NCBI RefSeq assembly: GCF_006345805.1
Contig: NC_042997.1
Location: 89,218,001-89,282,000, forward strand
DNA length: 64,000 bases
Reading direction: 5' to 3'
Origin: Octopus sinensis
Lineage: Eukaryota
The translations under genes were made by a program, and so were the position numbers. Below are positions 28,201 to 42,500 of this stretch, piece after piece. Position 1 is the stretch's first letter. Each line of letters starts with the position of its first letter. The notes beneath the pieces were generated by a model. It had not been told where the DNA came from. It saw nothing but the letters and a program-made list of their open reading frames with translations, and did no database searches.

Positions 28201-30499
28201 CCCACAACTTTACCCATTACAGAAAAAACAGACTAACAAACACAGCACTATACATACCTACACCCACAAAAAAATTATACATATGACACTGCTACACATA
28301 CCACACACCCCATCCACGCAGGGACACCACGTTAATAAACACTTCAAGATAACTCTTGCTGGCTTCACACCATATTTAACCAAGGGACATAACTCTTAGC
28401 TAAATCTCCTGGCTCATTTTTGTTCCACATTTTTTGCAGCAGCCACTGACCGGTTGAGTAGTCACCATATTCCCTTCCATATCAACTATCTCTGATGAGC
28501 GTAATTATTTAATTGGATTGTTACCTAACACTCCACTGTATTTTGTGTGAAACCGATTGGCTTGGAAAAACCAGAAAAATGGAAGCAGTAAAGAACTATA
28601 TCAGTTAGGCAACAGGTTTATTTAGCAAGGGCAGAAGGAAGGAAGCTTGCCAATGTTACGGCATGAGGATCGAGGTGCTCCAGATGGCAAGACAGTATAT
28701 CAAAGGGAGTCAAGATGTATGGATAGACAGCAGTATGCTTGCACTTAATGATTCTGAAAAGAAATAGACATGAAACTGCTACTATGAAAGGTTATTAAAA
28801 TGCGGAAAATGCATAGGAGAAGGAGAGCCTTCCAAACATGAACCGCACAGAGGGACTAACTATCCCAGTTGACAGCAGTATGATAGATAAAGCAATTAAG
28901 GATATGAAGACAAGGAAATCCCCTGATCCATCAGGAATTACTACTGAGATGCTTAAAATATCTGGCAGACAAGGATACAGCCTACTCATATAATCAGGTT
29001 ATATAGGAAGGTGTCATACCAATTGACTGGTGTAGCAGCATCACAATCAACTGTTACAAGGGTAAAGGAGAAGCAAGAAAGGAGTAATTACATAGGTATT
29101 AAACTGCTGATTTAGGTCACAAAAGTTAGAGAGAGAGAGAGAGAGTTATAGCCCAATTGATTAGGAACAGAATTTGATTAAAATAAGCTGCAACTTGGCA
29201 CATCTTAGAAAGACAATGGCAGAAGTATTTAGCTGAAAGTAAAGCATTGTACTTGGCATTCATTGACCTGGAGATAGCTGTCAACAGAGTTCCTCGCTCT
29301 GTGATCTGATGGTCTCTGAGGAAGATAGGGGTAAATGAACAGCAAAAACGAGGTCCTAAAAAATGCTATTTATGCTTGTGTATGCCAGGTTCTACCCCTA
29401 CGCCCATGCTGACCTGTTAAGCATTCCCCACATCTCATGCCCTTCTAACTTCCATCCTTCTATTATTTCTCTACTTATGGCACTATTCAGCAGAAGTCAC
29501 TCTCCACTCACATTGTTATGAAACTATCCACCCTAACCGCCCTCACTGATCCACTGTTCATATCTTCTTATGCTCACCTTATTACAGATCTTGAAGGCTT
29601 GCTCTGGCACCCCATCACTACCATTTTGTCTTCCTAGCAACGCTCACCCTTATTTAATGCAGAGCTGTCATGTAGCTTCTCTATAGCAACATATGTGGAC
29701 ATGTCCTCTTCAATGCCTAGCATTAAGCCTCTCTCAAATACTGAACCCCACTTGGTTGGGGGAGTTTTTTCTTTTTCCATTCATGCAATTACTTGGCAGA
29801 TGATGTGGCATGAAACAAGCACCCAATACACAGTGTAGAGTGGTTTGTGTTAGGAGGGGCATCCAGCCATAGAAACCAAGCCAAAGCTGCCATTGGAGCT
29901 CAATGCAGCCCTGCAGCAGCTTGATCCTGTCAAACTGTCCAACACATGCCAGCATAGAAAACGGACATTTAATGATGATGATGATGATGATGGTGTGTGT
30001 ACATGTAGTAGGTGCAGGTGTTGTAAGAAGTTTGCTTCCCAACAAATGGTCTCCGGTTTAGTCCCACTCTGTGACAACTTGAGTATATATGTATGTGCTA
30101 TTTGTCTTCTTGCTTTGACTTCATATGACCTGTAAACCATCATACTAATGGTTGACCTTTGTTTCCAGTCTAACATGCAAATATGTTCATGGAGAAATTA
30201 TTAACCTTACCATCTGACCCATGCAAGCATAAAAAAGTTAATGTGAAATGATATATTAGATACAGATATGTGTGTGTACACATGCACACATTCACACACA
30301 TATATGCATGGATGTGATTGCATATGTGTGCATGTGCAGGTATGGCTGTGAGGTTAAGAAGCTGGTTTTCCATGTAGTTTTGGGTTCAGTTCGAGTGTGG
30401 CACTGTGTGCAAGCGTCATCTACTACAGCTCTTAGCCAACCAATGCCTCAATGAGTGGATTTGGTAAACAGAAACTGTGTGGAACCCTGTATGCATGTA

Positions 30500-30533
<34 letters not shown>

Positions 30534-33500
30534 ATATATATATATATAATGTGTATGTGTGCGTATGTCAGTACTTGTCCCCCTACAACCACTTAAAAAT
30601 CAGTGTCCGTTTGATTATATATACTGTGAGAACATGTCTGGCTATGGTGAACTATTATTTTGCTTGGAAAGAGAAGTGAATTGGCAACAGGAAGGGCATC
30701 TGGCCATAGAAAATCTGCCTCAATAAATTCCATCCAATCCTTGCTAGTATAGAAAAGTGGACATGCAAAATGATAATATGTGTGTTTATGTACGAATGTA
30801 TGTATGTATAGTATGATGGTCACTCCCATTGATTTTCATGTATGTGTTTGAAGGAAAGAATTAAAAAATAACAAAAGGGGGATTAGAAAAAAAAGAAGCT
30901 GCAATCATTTAGATGCATTATGACACATTTTATGCCAGAGATTAACCTAAACAATAACTTTCCTAAGATGTTAAATTAAGCTGTAGGGATTTTAGTAGTC
31001 GTTTCAACTTATCTTTATACTATATCTGTGTGTATGTATGCATACACATACATACATATATTTCTTTTATTCTTCTGTGTTTCAGCCTAAAGGCTGTGGC
31101 CATGCTAGGGCACCACCAGTATCATCAGCTTTTCAATAACCATTCCTATCTGGTTGGCTTCTGGTGAATGAGCAAGTTGATAATAATGCTGCCCTTGCTT
31201 GAATTTTTTGCTGTGATACAGGTTCATCTGGGAATTTGGATAGCAGGTCAAGGTGCCCCTAAAAAACATCTACTCTCACTCCATGTAGATCTTTCAAGTT
31301 TTTTGGCAAAATATTAAATAGCTGTGGGCCTTTGAATCGCATGTTTTTGGCAGTACCTGTCTCTTACTCTAGATGGGATGGGTGGGAACTTGGGAACAGA
31401 ACAGTTGCATCCTGTTCAAAGAATGGTATAATTCTCAGTACCAGCCCCTCTAGGATCTTCTATATCACCACATATCTCTCTCACCTTCACTCAAGAGAGA
31501 AGAGTCTCAATTCTTTCAGTCTCCCCTAATAGCTCAAGAGTTTCATTGATGCAATTCTCGAGGTAGCACTGCAAAATTGCCCTGAGTATTGAATTGACAC
31601 TGTGTATTGACCATTATGGAGAACAATAGTCCAGACAGCTGAAGATAAATGCCCTCCATAGAACCAACATAGTTTCCTAGTCCCTTATCCTGCAGTTCTC
31701 AGAATGCATCCAGCTGTTTGCCTGCACACTGTCATCATCTTGATGATATGTACATTAAACAATGCATTGTTGGTCATATCAATCCACAGTCTCACACTAT
31801 GTTTATCTCTCCTTTTGGACTAAAGCATTTTTGATGCAGTATGTTAGCACAAGTTGGCTGATAGCAGAGGGTTTGGAATTTTCCTACATTAAATTGCATG
31901 TTGTTTTCTTCAACCTATTTGTACATGGCATATAACTCCTTCTGTAGAAGATCTAGATGCCAGGTACAAGCATCAAGATGACCCTTAACTGTTTGTGCTA
32001 CTTTTGTGTCATCAGCATTGCTAGTAAGAGTGGCTACCTGTATAACTGATGGCATTTCTGAGAGGGCTACTACAAACAACAGCAACCCCAAAGACAGTTC
32101 CCCAAGGCATTCTATTTGCTATTAATGTCTCTTGGAGAGAACTCCATTGGCTGCTACAGCCTGGCTTCTGGCTTTTAAGAATTCATGTAAACTACTCTCC
32201 AAGTTTTCTAACTGTGCTGAATCTTTGCAGCCATGACCAACCTTATCAAAGGCCTTTCCAAAATTAAGATATCTATAATTGAGTGATAAGTTATCCATGT
32301 TTGAGTAATAAGTTGTTTCAACACCCAGTCATAATGCTGCAGAAAATTTGTAAGGCTGCTTTTTCCTGAGCAGAAGCCATGCTGGGTTTAGAGAGCAAGT
32401 TATTATCTTTAAGGAATGTGATCAGCTTTCTCCTGACAATTTGTTCCATTATTTTTGTGTATACACATGTGTATATCTTTATATGTGTGTATTCATATGT
32501 CTGTGTGCCAATATATGTCTATTTCCCTGCATGTATATAACCATTGGTGCATAGTATGCATGTGTATGTATATGTGTGGGTGTATATGGATATATGCATC
32601 TATCTACATACACAAACACAAAGTGAGTATTTGAGTACATGCATGCATATATATCTATATATATATATATATAGATAGATAGATAATACATGTTTCTCAA
32701 TATATATACATATATATCTATGCATGTGAATGTGTGTGTGAATTTACAAGGATGCTGCAGAAGGAGGGAGCTGTCAACAATTTTATAACCTCCATCACAT
32801 CTCAACATATCTCATGGCATAGGCTGTTTTGTTTTTCCCTAATTTCCTTAATTTTTTCCTTACCTGCATATAAAGCCATCACATCAAAAGTAGAAAATAA
32901 CATTTTCATGAGAATTAGATACTTTGACTCTGTATTCTAAATGTGTCTGTTAGTTAATCTGCCTCTATAGGCTTATATTTTGTCTGGATTTTTATCATTG
33001 CACAGATGTCCAGGTGCAGGTGTGGCTGTGTGGTAAGAAGCTTGCTTTCCAACCACATGGTTCTGGGTTCAGTCTCACTGCATGGCACCCTGGGCAAGTG
33101 TCTTCTACTATAGCCTCAGGCTGACCAAAGCATTGTGAGTGGATTTGATAGATGGAAACTGAAAGAAGCCTATTGTGTGTGTGTGTGTGTTTGTTTATCT
33201 TCCATCACCACTTGACAACTGGTGTTGGTGCATTTACATCCCCATAACTTAGCAGTTCAGCAAAAGTAACAGATAGAATAAGTACTAGGCTTAATAACAA
33301 AAAGTTTTGAGGTTGATTTGTTCTACTAAAACCATTCAAGGCGGTGACCTAACATGGCTGCAGTCAAATGACTGAAACAAGTAAAAAAAAAAAGTCCAGT
33401 TATCTAACTCATATTTTTTGTCTACTCATGTGTACCTATGTACCTGTTTAAATGTTTAACATATATTTGTATGTGTATGAATAGTTATATGTAAGTTCAC

Positions 33501-36500
33501 AATGCATTTATGTGAATACATGTATTTATCTAAATTTTGCATATTTCTGAGAGTGGTTTCCCATCTTCAAACCATATTGCATTATTTATGTACATATCAT
33601 CATCATCATTTAACATCGGTTTTCAATGCTGGCATGAGTTGGATGGTTTGACCACAGCTAGCAAGCTGGAGAATTGTATCAGGTTCTAGCCCAATTTGAC
33701 CCTGATTTCTATGGCTGGATGCCCTTCCTAATACCAACCACTTTACAAAGTGTGCTGGGTGCTTTTTATGTAGATCAGCACACAAGTATAACAAGATAAA
33801 AATAAGTGAACTTCATGAAGGCTTTGAAGGACACCTATAAACTCAGATTTTGTTATTAGCAACTATGAAAGTGTTATATTTGTGGCACCCATTAAGTGCC
33901 TTACAGTATGGCACTGAAATGAAATCTAATTTGTCAATTCAAATTTGTTTATACACATTACTAATAATAATTACCAAGTGAATTTTCCTTTTTTCTTTCT
34001 TCAGCACACTCAATCTTAACTGCTGGAGTTTTTGAACTGCCATCAACATCTACCATAGGGCAAGTATTACATTCCAGGTTGTTGTTCAATTGATCAGTGT
34101 CATTCTCACTAATGGCTGGGAATTCTGAAAAAAAAAAAAAAAAAAAAAAAAAAAATTCAATGATAAATACTGCTTGGGTACCAGAAACAGTAACAATAAT
34201 AAGAAAACCTACATTAAAAGAGCTAAACAAAATCATTCAAACTATTTCTTAAGAAATTTCGTAACTCATGTTAGTGTGGCACAATATACTAAGCATGTTT
34301 AGTTTGTGGGTCATTATTAACTCTTTAGCTTTCAGATTATTCTGTCAAATGTTATGCTTATTGACATTGTTTTGAATTAATCATCCATTATCTTGTAGCT
34401 TTAAGATTTAAATGATGTGATTGTTTAGGGTTACTCTAGTGGTTAACTAATCATGTGGAACACATTTATTACTCCACATTATTATATAAAATTAAAAAAA
34501 CAACTCAATATAAGTATTATACAGAATGAGAGAAAAATGCAACTGTTTTATAAGCTATCTGCCACAGACTTTCCTTAGTCACATGTTATCTAATTTCCCA
34601 AAACTGACAGTTTAATGTTGTCTTGTTTAAACATCAAAAATCATGCTATCACATTACTGTTAACATGAGATTTTAATAGATAAACATTTATTGTATAAAA
34701 TTTACCAATATTACAATGTATACTTTTTGTTCTTTAACATGCTTTGTTCACTATTTCTCCACATCTATATTCCACTTAGCTAATGCAAAAAAAGCCTCAA
34801 CATGGTCACCCAACCTGCTGGAAATAGCAACCAAATCTACCTTTAATTACACCCTTTGTCTTTACATACTACATAATGTAATCCTAGATATACAAGACAG
34901 GATGGTCATGAGTGGAATGCTTTTGATCATAGGCTTCCATATTCAATTGATCCAGTGCTAATCAAAGCGTTTTGACAATATTCCACTCACCTAAGACAGA
35001 TAGTAGCTTTAATTTTGGTAGCTATGACTCTTAGTTTGAAAAAATTTCAAGAGAATAATTTGTTGCAACAAATGAAAAACTTAAGACGTATATCCTTGTG
35101 GTTGATTTTGATAGTAATAGTGATTGTACAGCAGTACCAATTTTAATAATAGAACAGGACATTTTACAAAAAATGCTTTCACCGTGTGTGCGTGGTCATG
35201 TGTTTACACATCTACTTACACACACATATAGCCCATCTATGTTATGTGTGTGTCATCAGTCTATAATGCAAATGGCAGTGGAATATGAAAACAGCTACAT
35301 AATAATAAACAAGAAGACACGTCAAGCTAAGTGAAATCATGGCCATTAATGCATACAGGCTTGTTCTCTATGTCTCTCTCTCAGCTGAGAGATCCTAGTT
35401 TTGCAGACTCATGGGTGCTGGTGCAATGTAAAATCACCTGTGCTAGTGCTGTGTAAAAGTACCTGTGCCAGTTCCACTTAAAAGGACCATGGCTGGCGTC
35501 AGGTTAAAAGCATCCAGTACACTCTGTAAAGTGGCCAATGCTAGGAAGGGCATCCATCCACAGAAACCAATCAAAAACAAACACATAGAACCTGGGCAGC
35601 TCTTCAGCTGGCCAACTATTGTCAAACCATCCAACCCTTGCCAGTATAGAGAACAGACATTAAATAATGATGATGGCGGTAGTGGTGGTGGTTGCTGTCA
35701 TTGTCATTGTTATGGCATCACAGCACAGTGCTACGTTGACCAGATCCTAAGACCTCACATCGTGCCCTTTTCTGCATGTCACCAAAGCCATGTGTTTCAG
35801 CAGGACAATGCTCTTTCCCATACGGCCAGGGTCACCATGGACTTCCTACATCAGCACATCAGAACCATGTTGTGGCCAGCTCTCAGCCTGCCAATTGAAC
35901 ACCTGTGGGATGAAATTCAGAGATAGCTGAACCAGGTGGTCCCAAGGCTGACAACTCGTGTGGAACTGGAGGCAGCTTTCCTCAGGGTGTGGGCATAGGT
36001 AGCAATGGCTTTTATGAACCAACCCATGCACTCCATGTACCAATGGTGTATGGCCGTTTTGAACACCCAGGGAAGGCATACACAGTATTAAACATGTCAT
36101 GCCCTACAATCTTGATGTGCTGGATCCGCCCACTACCAGAACACATGACAACAACCTATAGACTGTGGTCAAAGTGCATCCAAGAAATTGACTTTATCAG
36201 ATTTATCAAAATTTATCTCTGACCTAATGAAATTAAAACATATTTCAGTCACACACATCTCGCATTTCTTTTACAGTTCAGTGTACATATGGTGCTGGTG
36301 CCACATAAAACACACCCAATACATTCTGTGAAGTGGCTGGCATTAGGAAGGGCATTCAACTGTAGAAACCATACCAAATCAGACAGTAGAGCTTGGCAAA
36401 CTCCTCAAGTTTGTCAGCTCCTGTGAAACTGTCCAACCCATACCAGTATGGAAGACAGATGTTAAATGATTCTGATGATATATGATAAGCTTCTGCACAG

Positions 36501-39500
36501 TTCCCATCTACCAAACTGCATTCACAAAGTATTGGTAAGCCCAAGGTTGTGCAGAGGATAAAATCCAGAACCACAGATTGTGAAGTGAATTCCTTAACTA
36601 TATAGCCATGACTAACCTTTAATATGAGAATCCTATTTTTCTACCAGCATCATGTCAAAAAATGTTGATTTGTTATACATATCACCTATCTGTGTGTTGT
36701 TAGTTTAGATTTTGGGTTTTCAAATAAATTTTCTTTTTTTTTTTCTGCTTGGCTCTTTCCATTGTTGTGTCTGAAAAGTGGTAAAATTTATTCAAATTTC
36801 AAAAACGATAAATATATGCTGATAAATATATGCCATGCTTGAGAAGACCAGTCAACCCAAGAGAAATCATGGTTGTGGCGGTTGTTGGCATCATGTAACT
36901 GGCACCCATGCCAGTGGAACGTAAAAAGCACCTTTTGGGCATTGGGCCTCACACAGGCTACATGGTTGATGCTGGTGCCATGTAACTAGCATCTGTGCTG
37001 GAGGCACATAAAAACACCTTCCGAGCATTGGGCCTCACAGAGGCTATGACAAATAACAGAGACTTTTGGCAATATACTGTGCTTGAGAAGAAGCTCCATC
37101 AAACCAAGAGAAATTGTAGTCGTGGCAGATACTGGTGTCATGTAATTGGTACCCATGTTGGTGGCAGACAAAAGCACCCATTACACTCTCAGAGTTGTTG
37201 GCATTAGAAAAGGGATCCAACTGTAGAAACCATGTCAGATCAGACTGGGGCCTGGTGCAGCCCCTCAACTTACCAGCCCTGGTCAAACTATCCAACCCAA
37301 GCCAGCATGGACAATGGATGTTAAATGATGATGACGATATGAAACAAGCATGTGGTATTGTGGATTAAGCTGAGAGCAAAGAACAAATCAAACTCAGCCA
37401 ATTATTTCTTTTTTGAATCATACATTTTGTGAATGAAGTTCACTCTGTTGGAATCCTTCATCCCAGCAGGAATTATCATTACTTCATGAGACACCAATAG
37501 CCTTTTCAATTCTCTAGATGTCAGAGATAAAAATGAACTCTCAAGACATTTCACCTTAACATCTGTAGATACTAAGCCAGCATAGATCCACATATCACCT
37601 CTTACCACCATGCAAACTACACATCATACTCCTCTTCAAGACACAAATACCTCAACCTTTCTCTATATCTCTGGATCAAGGATGCGTTCAGTCTATAATT
37701 GGTGCTACTTTAACATGCAATCTATCTGGTAATTTACACTTTAGCATGCAGTCTAACCCTAACCTAGCTTGGATCATTTCACAGCACAGACTACAGATAC
37801 TGCAATAGACCACATGTTAAAGTAACACCCTATAATCTGTATTCAGACTTCACTCTGAAAGGTGGTGTTTACACATATGTAATCTGGATATCAGTAACAA
37901 AACCTTCCATGAACTCTGGTTCAAAGTGTCTCCCTCCACCACATCTCCAAATACATTTGCTTCCTCTAGTGCTCTCTAAACTCCTTCAGCTACCAATTTC
38001 TTGACTATATTTTCTTGTATCAAGGACATCTATCTAACCTCACCCTCTCTCTCAAGTCATCATCTTTAACATTCACAATTCTTGACTCTCCTCCCACACT
38101 AATGCTGCCAGGGCAGAAACTCAATTCACTTATATTAACTTGTAGCATTCTCAACTCACATTTTCCACTGAAGAAACTGACATATCAAACACTCTTGATC
38201 TCTTTCTCATCTCCAAAATAACTTCTATCAACTCATCATCATTTCTGCATTTACTAAGTTGTCCGAGTAATGCTATATTGTGATTACCAACCACACACAC
38301 ACACACACACACAACATACACCCTGCCCTAACAAACTTTATGGTATTTCATGTCAGCTGATTGGTTAATGCTCTGCCAGTTCTATACTAACTAGCCTTGA
38401 TAGCCCACATGCTTTACCCATGATTCATCAAAAACAGCTAGGTAAGTGACTGAAACCAACCTCTCAGGAATGCCCCACACACAATCAAAATCAAAATTCA
38501 CAACCTCAAATACTACACTAAGTAGTTCACTCAATGCAGTGCTATATAGTTCAGATTAAGAATGTAACCAACAATACTTAAACTACCCACCACTATGAAC
38601 TAGACAACTTATACCCTCCAGCAACACCATCACCCAAACTACAAAGGAAGTCTCTATGCAGTATACAACCAGCAATCTCTCCCATCTACCCAACTACAAT
38701 AATTATTTTAGGTCCCTTACCAAGAGATCTTTAATGATTTTGTAGAATCTGTTCTTCTACTTTTCAGTCATGATAGTTCTATAAACAGTATTCCAGTGGA
38801 GAAAGCCTCAACATTTACTGTCTACAATACATGTAACTCCAGATTGCACACACGAGGTAAATCTTTTTGAAAACTACCCCTTTCCACTTTTACAGACTCA
38901 CTACCACATAGACGTACACTAAATATGAAAGCATTTGTGGTTGCACAAACTAAGGTTATAAATATTGGTCCTAACAATGTCTTTTCCACTCCAATCAAAC
39001 GATTCCTTCAGATCTCCTAATATGAAACATACAACAGCGTTATGTTCTCAAGATAATAATTCCTCTGACCCTGCCAACTGTTGTCCTATCACAGTTACTT
39101 CCAATATTTCAATGGTGATAAAGAAAATCATAAACAATAACATTCACCCCCACTTGGAATCTTTTCCCTCCTTAATCACCACCAGTATAGCTTTCATAAA
39201 GCCAGCTCTACTAAAAGAAATTTGATAAAAACAACATTGCTACCCTTGGCATCAAATCTTTTGACAGTGTCTAGCATACAAATCTCCAGGTAAAACTGTC
39301 CATCTGTAACTCATTCTTCAATCAGTAGCTTCCTGCCAGTTCACACTATGTGCTGATGGAACTCTCTGATCCACACATTAACAATTCTGCTGTGCTCCAG
39401 GGTTCAGCTTTGTCTCCCTCACTCTTCTTCCTATATATCAATGCCTGAATGTTGTCAACAATGCAGATGATACCACCCTTCATTCTTCCCAAACTTCTTG

Positions 39501-42500
39501 CATTCAAGCATTGCCTACATGCAACTTCATACCAAATCTGCACTAATTCCCTAAATAGACCTCAAAAACGGCCTCTTATGAGAGTCATGTATCCTTCAAC
39601 AACACAAATAATCAAGAAATTATTACTATCTATAACCTGAGAGTGACAGGTGTGAAGAGAATTCATTGAATGAAATACCATGACTGAAGGCATGCAGATT
39701 GATATTCTAAGAGAGATGTGGAATGTTGTAGAGGATAAGGCTTAACATGAAACTCGTTGGAAGTTACGGACAGATCAAGCTGTTGGTGATGTGTATATAG
39801 ATGGACAAGAGGAACACCAAGACACTTGGAAATAGGGGGATTGAAGAAGGAAATTGAAAAGAGGAGTGGTGAATGAGACAAAGTAGTGAGAAAGGATCAT
39901 TGGACACTAGGCCTCACTGAGGAAATGACAGGTGTAGCGATTTGCTGTACTTGATAAGACATGTCAAGTTAAGATCACTGTCTTCCACACATAAAGGCTT
40001 GTCCTTTCAGGTGCCGGTGCAACATAAAAAGCACCTGTGCCAGTGCTGCCTAAATGCACCCATGCTGGTGACATGTAATAAGCACCCAGCAAACACTGTT
40101 CAGTGGTTGGCATTAGGAAGGGCATCCAGTACAGAGACCATGCCGAAACGAACAACTGGAGTTTGGACAGCTGGCTGGCTCCATGTCAACCTATCCAACC
40201 TATTCCAGCATGGAAAGCAGACTTCAAACGATGATGATGATGAAAAAAATTACAGAGGGTAAGGAGTATGATAGCAAAAGAGGCAGCAATGGAAGTTCCA
40301 AGCCAGCCTATATGGTTGTAAACAAAGTGGGGAGCAAGCGCACAGACAGAATGTACACAGGAGAATGTTCAGAAACTATATAGATTCAGAGGAGAATCAA
40401 TAAGAGATGTTTAAGATTGCAAAGCAATTAACAAAGGAGATGTGATATGAAAGAAGTGAGTTGCTTAAAGGATGAACTTCAAATAAATTGTTGTGGATCC
40501 AAACTGAATTAAAGGAAGATGGTAGAGATATAGAGAGGTTGTTAAATGTAGAGAATAAATGAGATAGTAACATAGAGAGCAGTCTGGTTCTAAGGGCCAG
40601 CAAAGGTGATAACTGAGAAAGATGAAGAAGCAATAAAAAAATGTAGGTTTGTAAAGCAAGAGAGCCAACAAAAGTTGAAGAGATATATATATTAATCTTT
40701 TAGCATTCAGATTATTCTGCCAAATGTGATGGTTATTTATTCACATTGTTTTGAATTAATCACAAATTATCTCATAGCTTTGAAATTTTGAAGATGTGAT
40801 TGTATATTTTTAGTATGACATTGTAAAGTAGATGTGAGAGGCCAAATCTGGCCAGTTTGAGCATAAACATGTAGAATATTTGGGCTGGATATAGCCAGTT
40901 TAAATGCTAGAGGGTTAAAAGTAATAGAAAGGAAAGGTGTCAAGAAAATAACAGGGAGCTTTAGGCTGGTGGTGAATGAACACAGTATTGCAGTGTATTG
41001 AGAGTTAAGTATTTTCATTCCACTGCACAAGGGGGGAAATGATTCTCTGGACTGTGGTTTGTAGAGAATAATTATATTACTGAAGCATGGAATGAAGGAA
41101 TTCTAAAGTGTGTTTGAGAAGAGGACATGGAAGAAGTTAAGATGCAGCTTGGATTTATGACATAAAGACGAACAACTATAATTTTCTACTGTAAGACAGT
41201 TGCAGGAGAAGTACGAGAGAAACAGGAAAAAATTGTTTATTGAGTTTGTTGATAAAGAGAAAACTCTCAATAAGATTTCTCATGAAGTGACAAGATGGAC
41301 TCTGAGAAAGAGTGGAAGAATAGTTAGAGTATTGGTGATGATGTATTAGAGAGCTTGTACAACTGTAAAGATGGTGGACAGCAGTATTAAGCCCACTACT
41401 ATTTATAATTGCAATGTAAGTTCTGGCAAGAAATGTAAAGGAAAGTTTTTCATGGAGGTTGCTGTACACTGATGATTTGATGTTAACAAAGGAGAGTGTG
41501 GGTAGACTGAAGAAGTAAGTGAATAGATAAAGGCAAATGAAAGATGAAGCTGATAGAGAAAGGCAAAGCATATGGTTAGGTGAAAATAACAGGAAAGGTG
41601 CCATGTACAAGAAGCATGTCAGAGTAAGCTGTTTTAAATGTACAACATGCACTAGCTGGGTTCATAAAAAATGTGGTGTGAAAGTGTTATTTACTTATGT
41701 GGCAGTTACATAAGTTGGTACATTAAGGAATGTATGCAAGCAGCTGCAAATGGAGAGCATGTTGAACTAGGTCTTAGAAACAGCATGAAGATGAAAGGTA
41801 GGATACCATTTAGTTACCTAGGAGACACTGAATGGAGAAAGTAGACTGAACTTAGCAATGGTAGCTAGAGTTGAGTAACATACTAATGAGGGGAGTATTG
41901 CTGAAACTGATGGGAGAGATATACACTGCCTGAGTGAAAAATGCTTTAATTTATAGGAGTGAGAGATGGGTGTTGTGAAGTGAAACAGGATAAAATGGCT
42001 GGGTTACGTACTGAGGAAGGATGAAGGTGACTTAGCGAGAAGAGTGATGGAAATACATGTGGAAAGAAGTAAAGGAAAGAAATGACCAAGAAAAATATAG
42101 CTAATGATAGCAGAGGAAATTAGGGTAAGGTGTTTGGTGGTGGGAGGATGTAGAAGATATAGCAAAATAAAGAAGAACATCATGGGATTCACAAAGCTAA
42201 CATATTTTAGTAGAAAAAAGTGGTCTTAAAATAATGCTTGTTGTATTGGGTTATCCCATAAATAATGTGTTTTTTATCAATTGCATGAACTAAAAGTCAG
42301 AGGGAGATGGGGTAAACTACCTGCATCAACTTGCTATAAAAGCAGGTAGTAATTTTACCTTGTACTTTTTCTTAGTGCAAGTTTTGAAGAGTGCAGTTCG
42401 ATTTTAACAGTTATTTTTTCAAAGCTAAAATGGAAGTGACAAAGGAGCATATTCAGCATATTTTGCTCATAAGAATTCAATAAAGGTAACAACAAAATGG

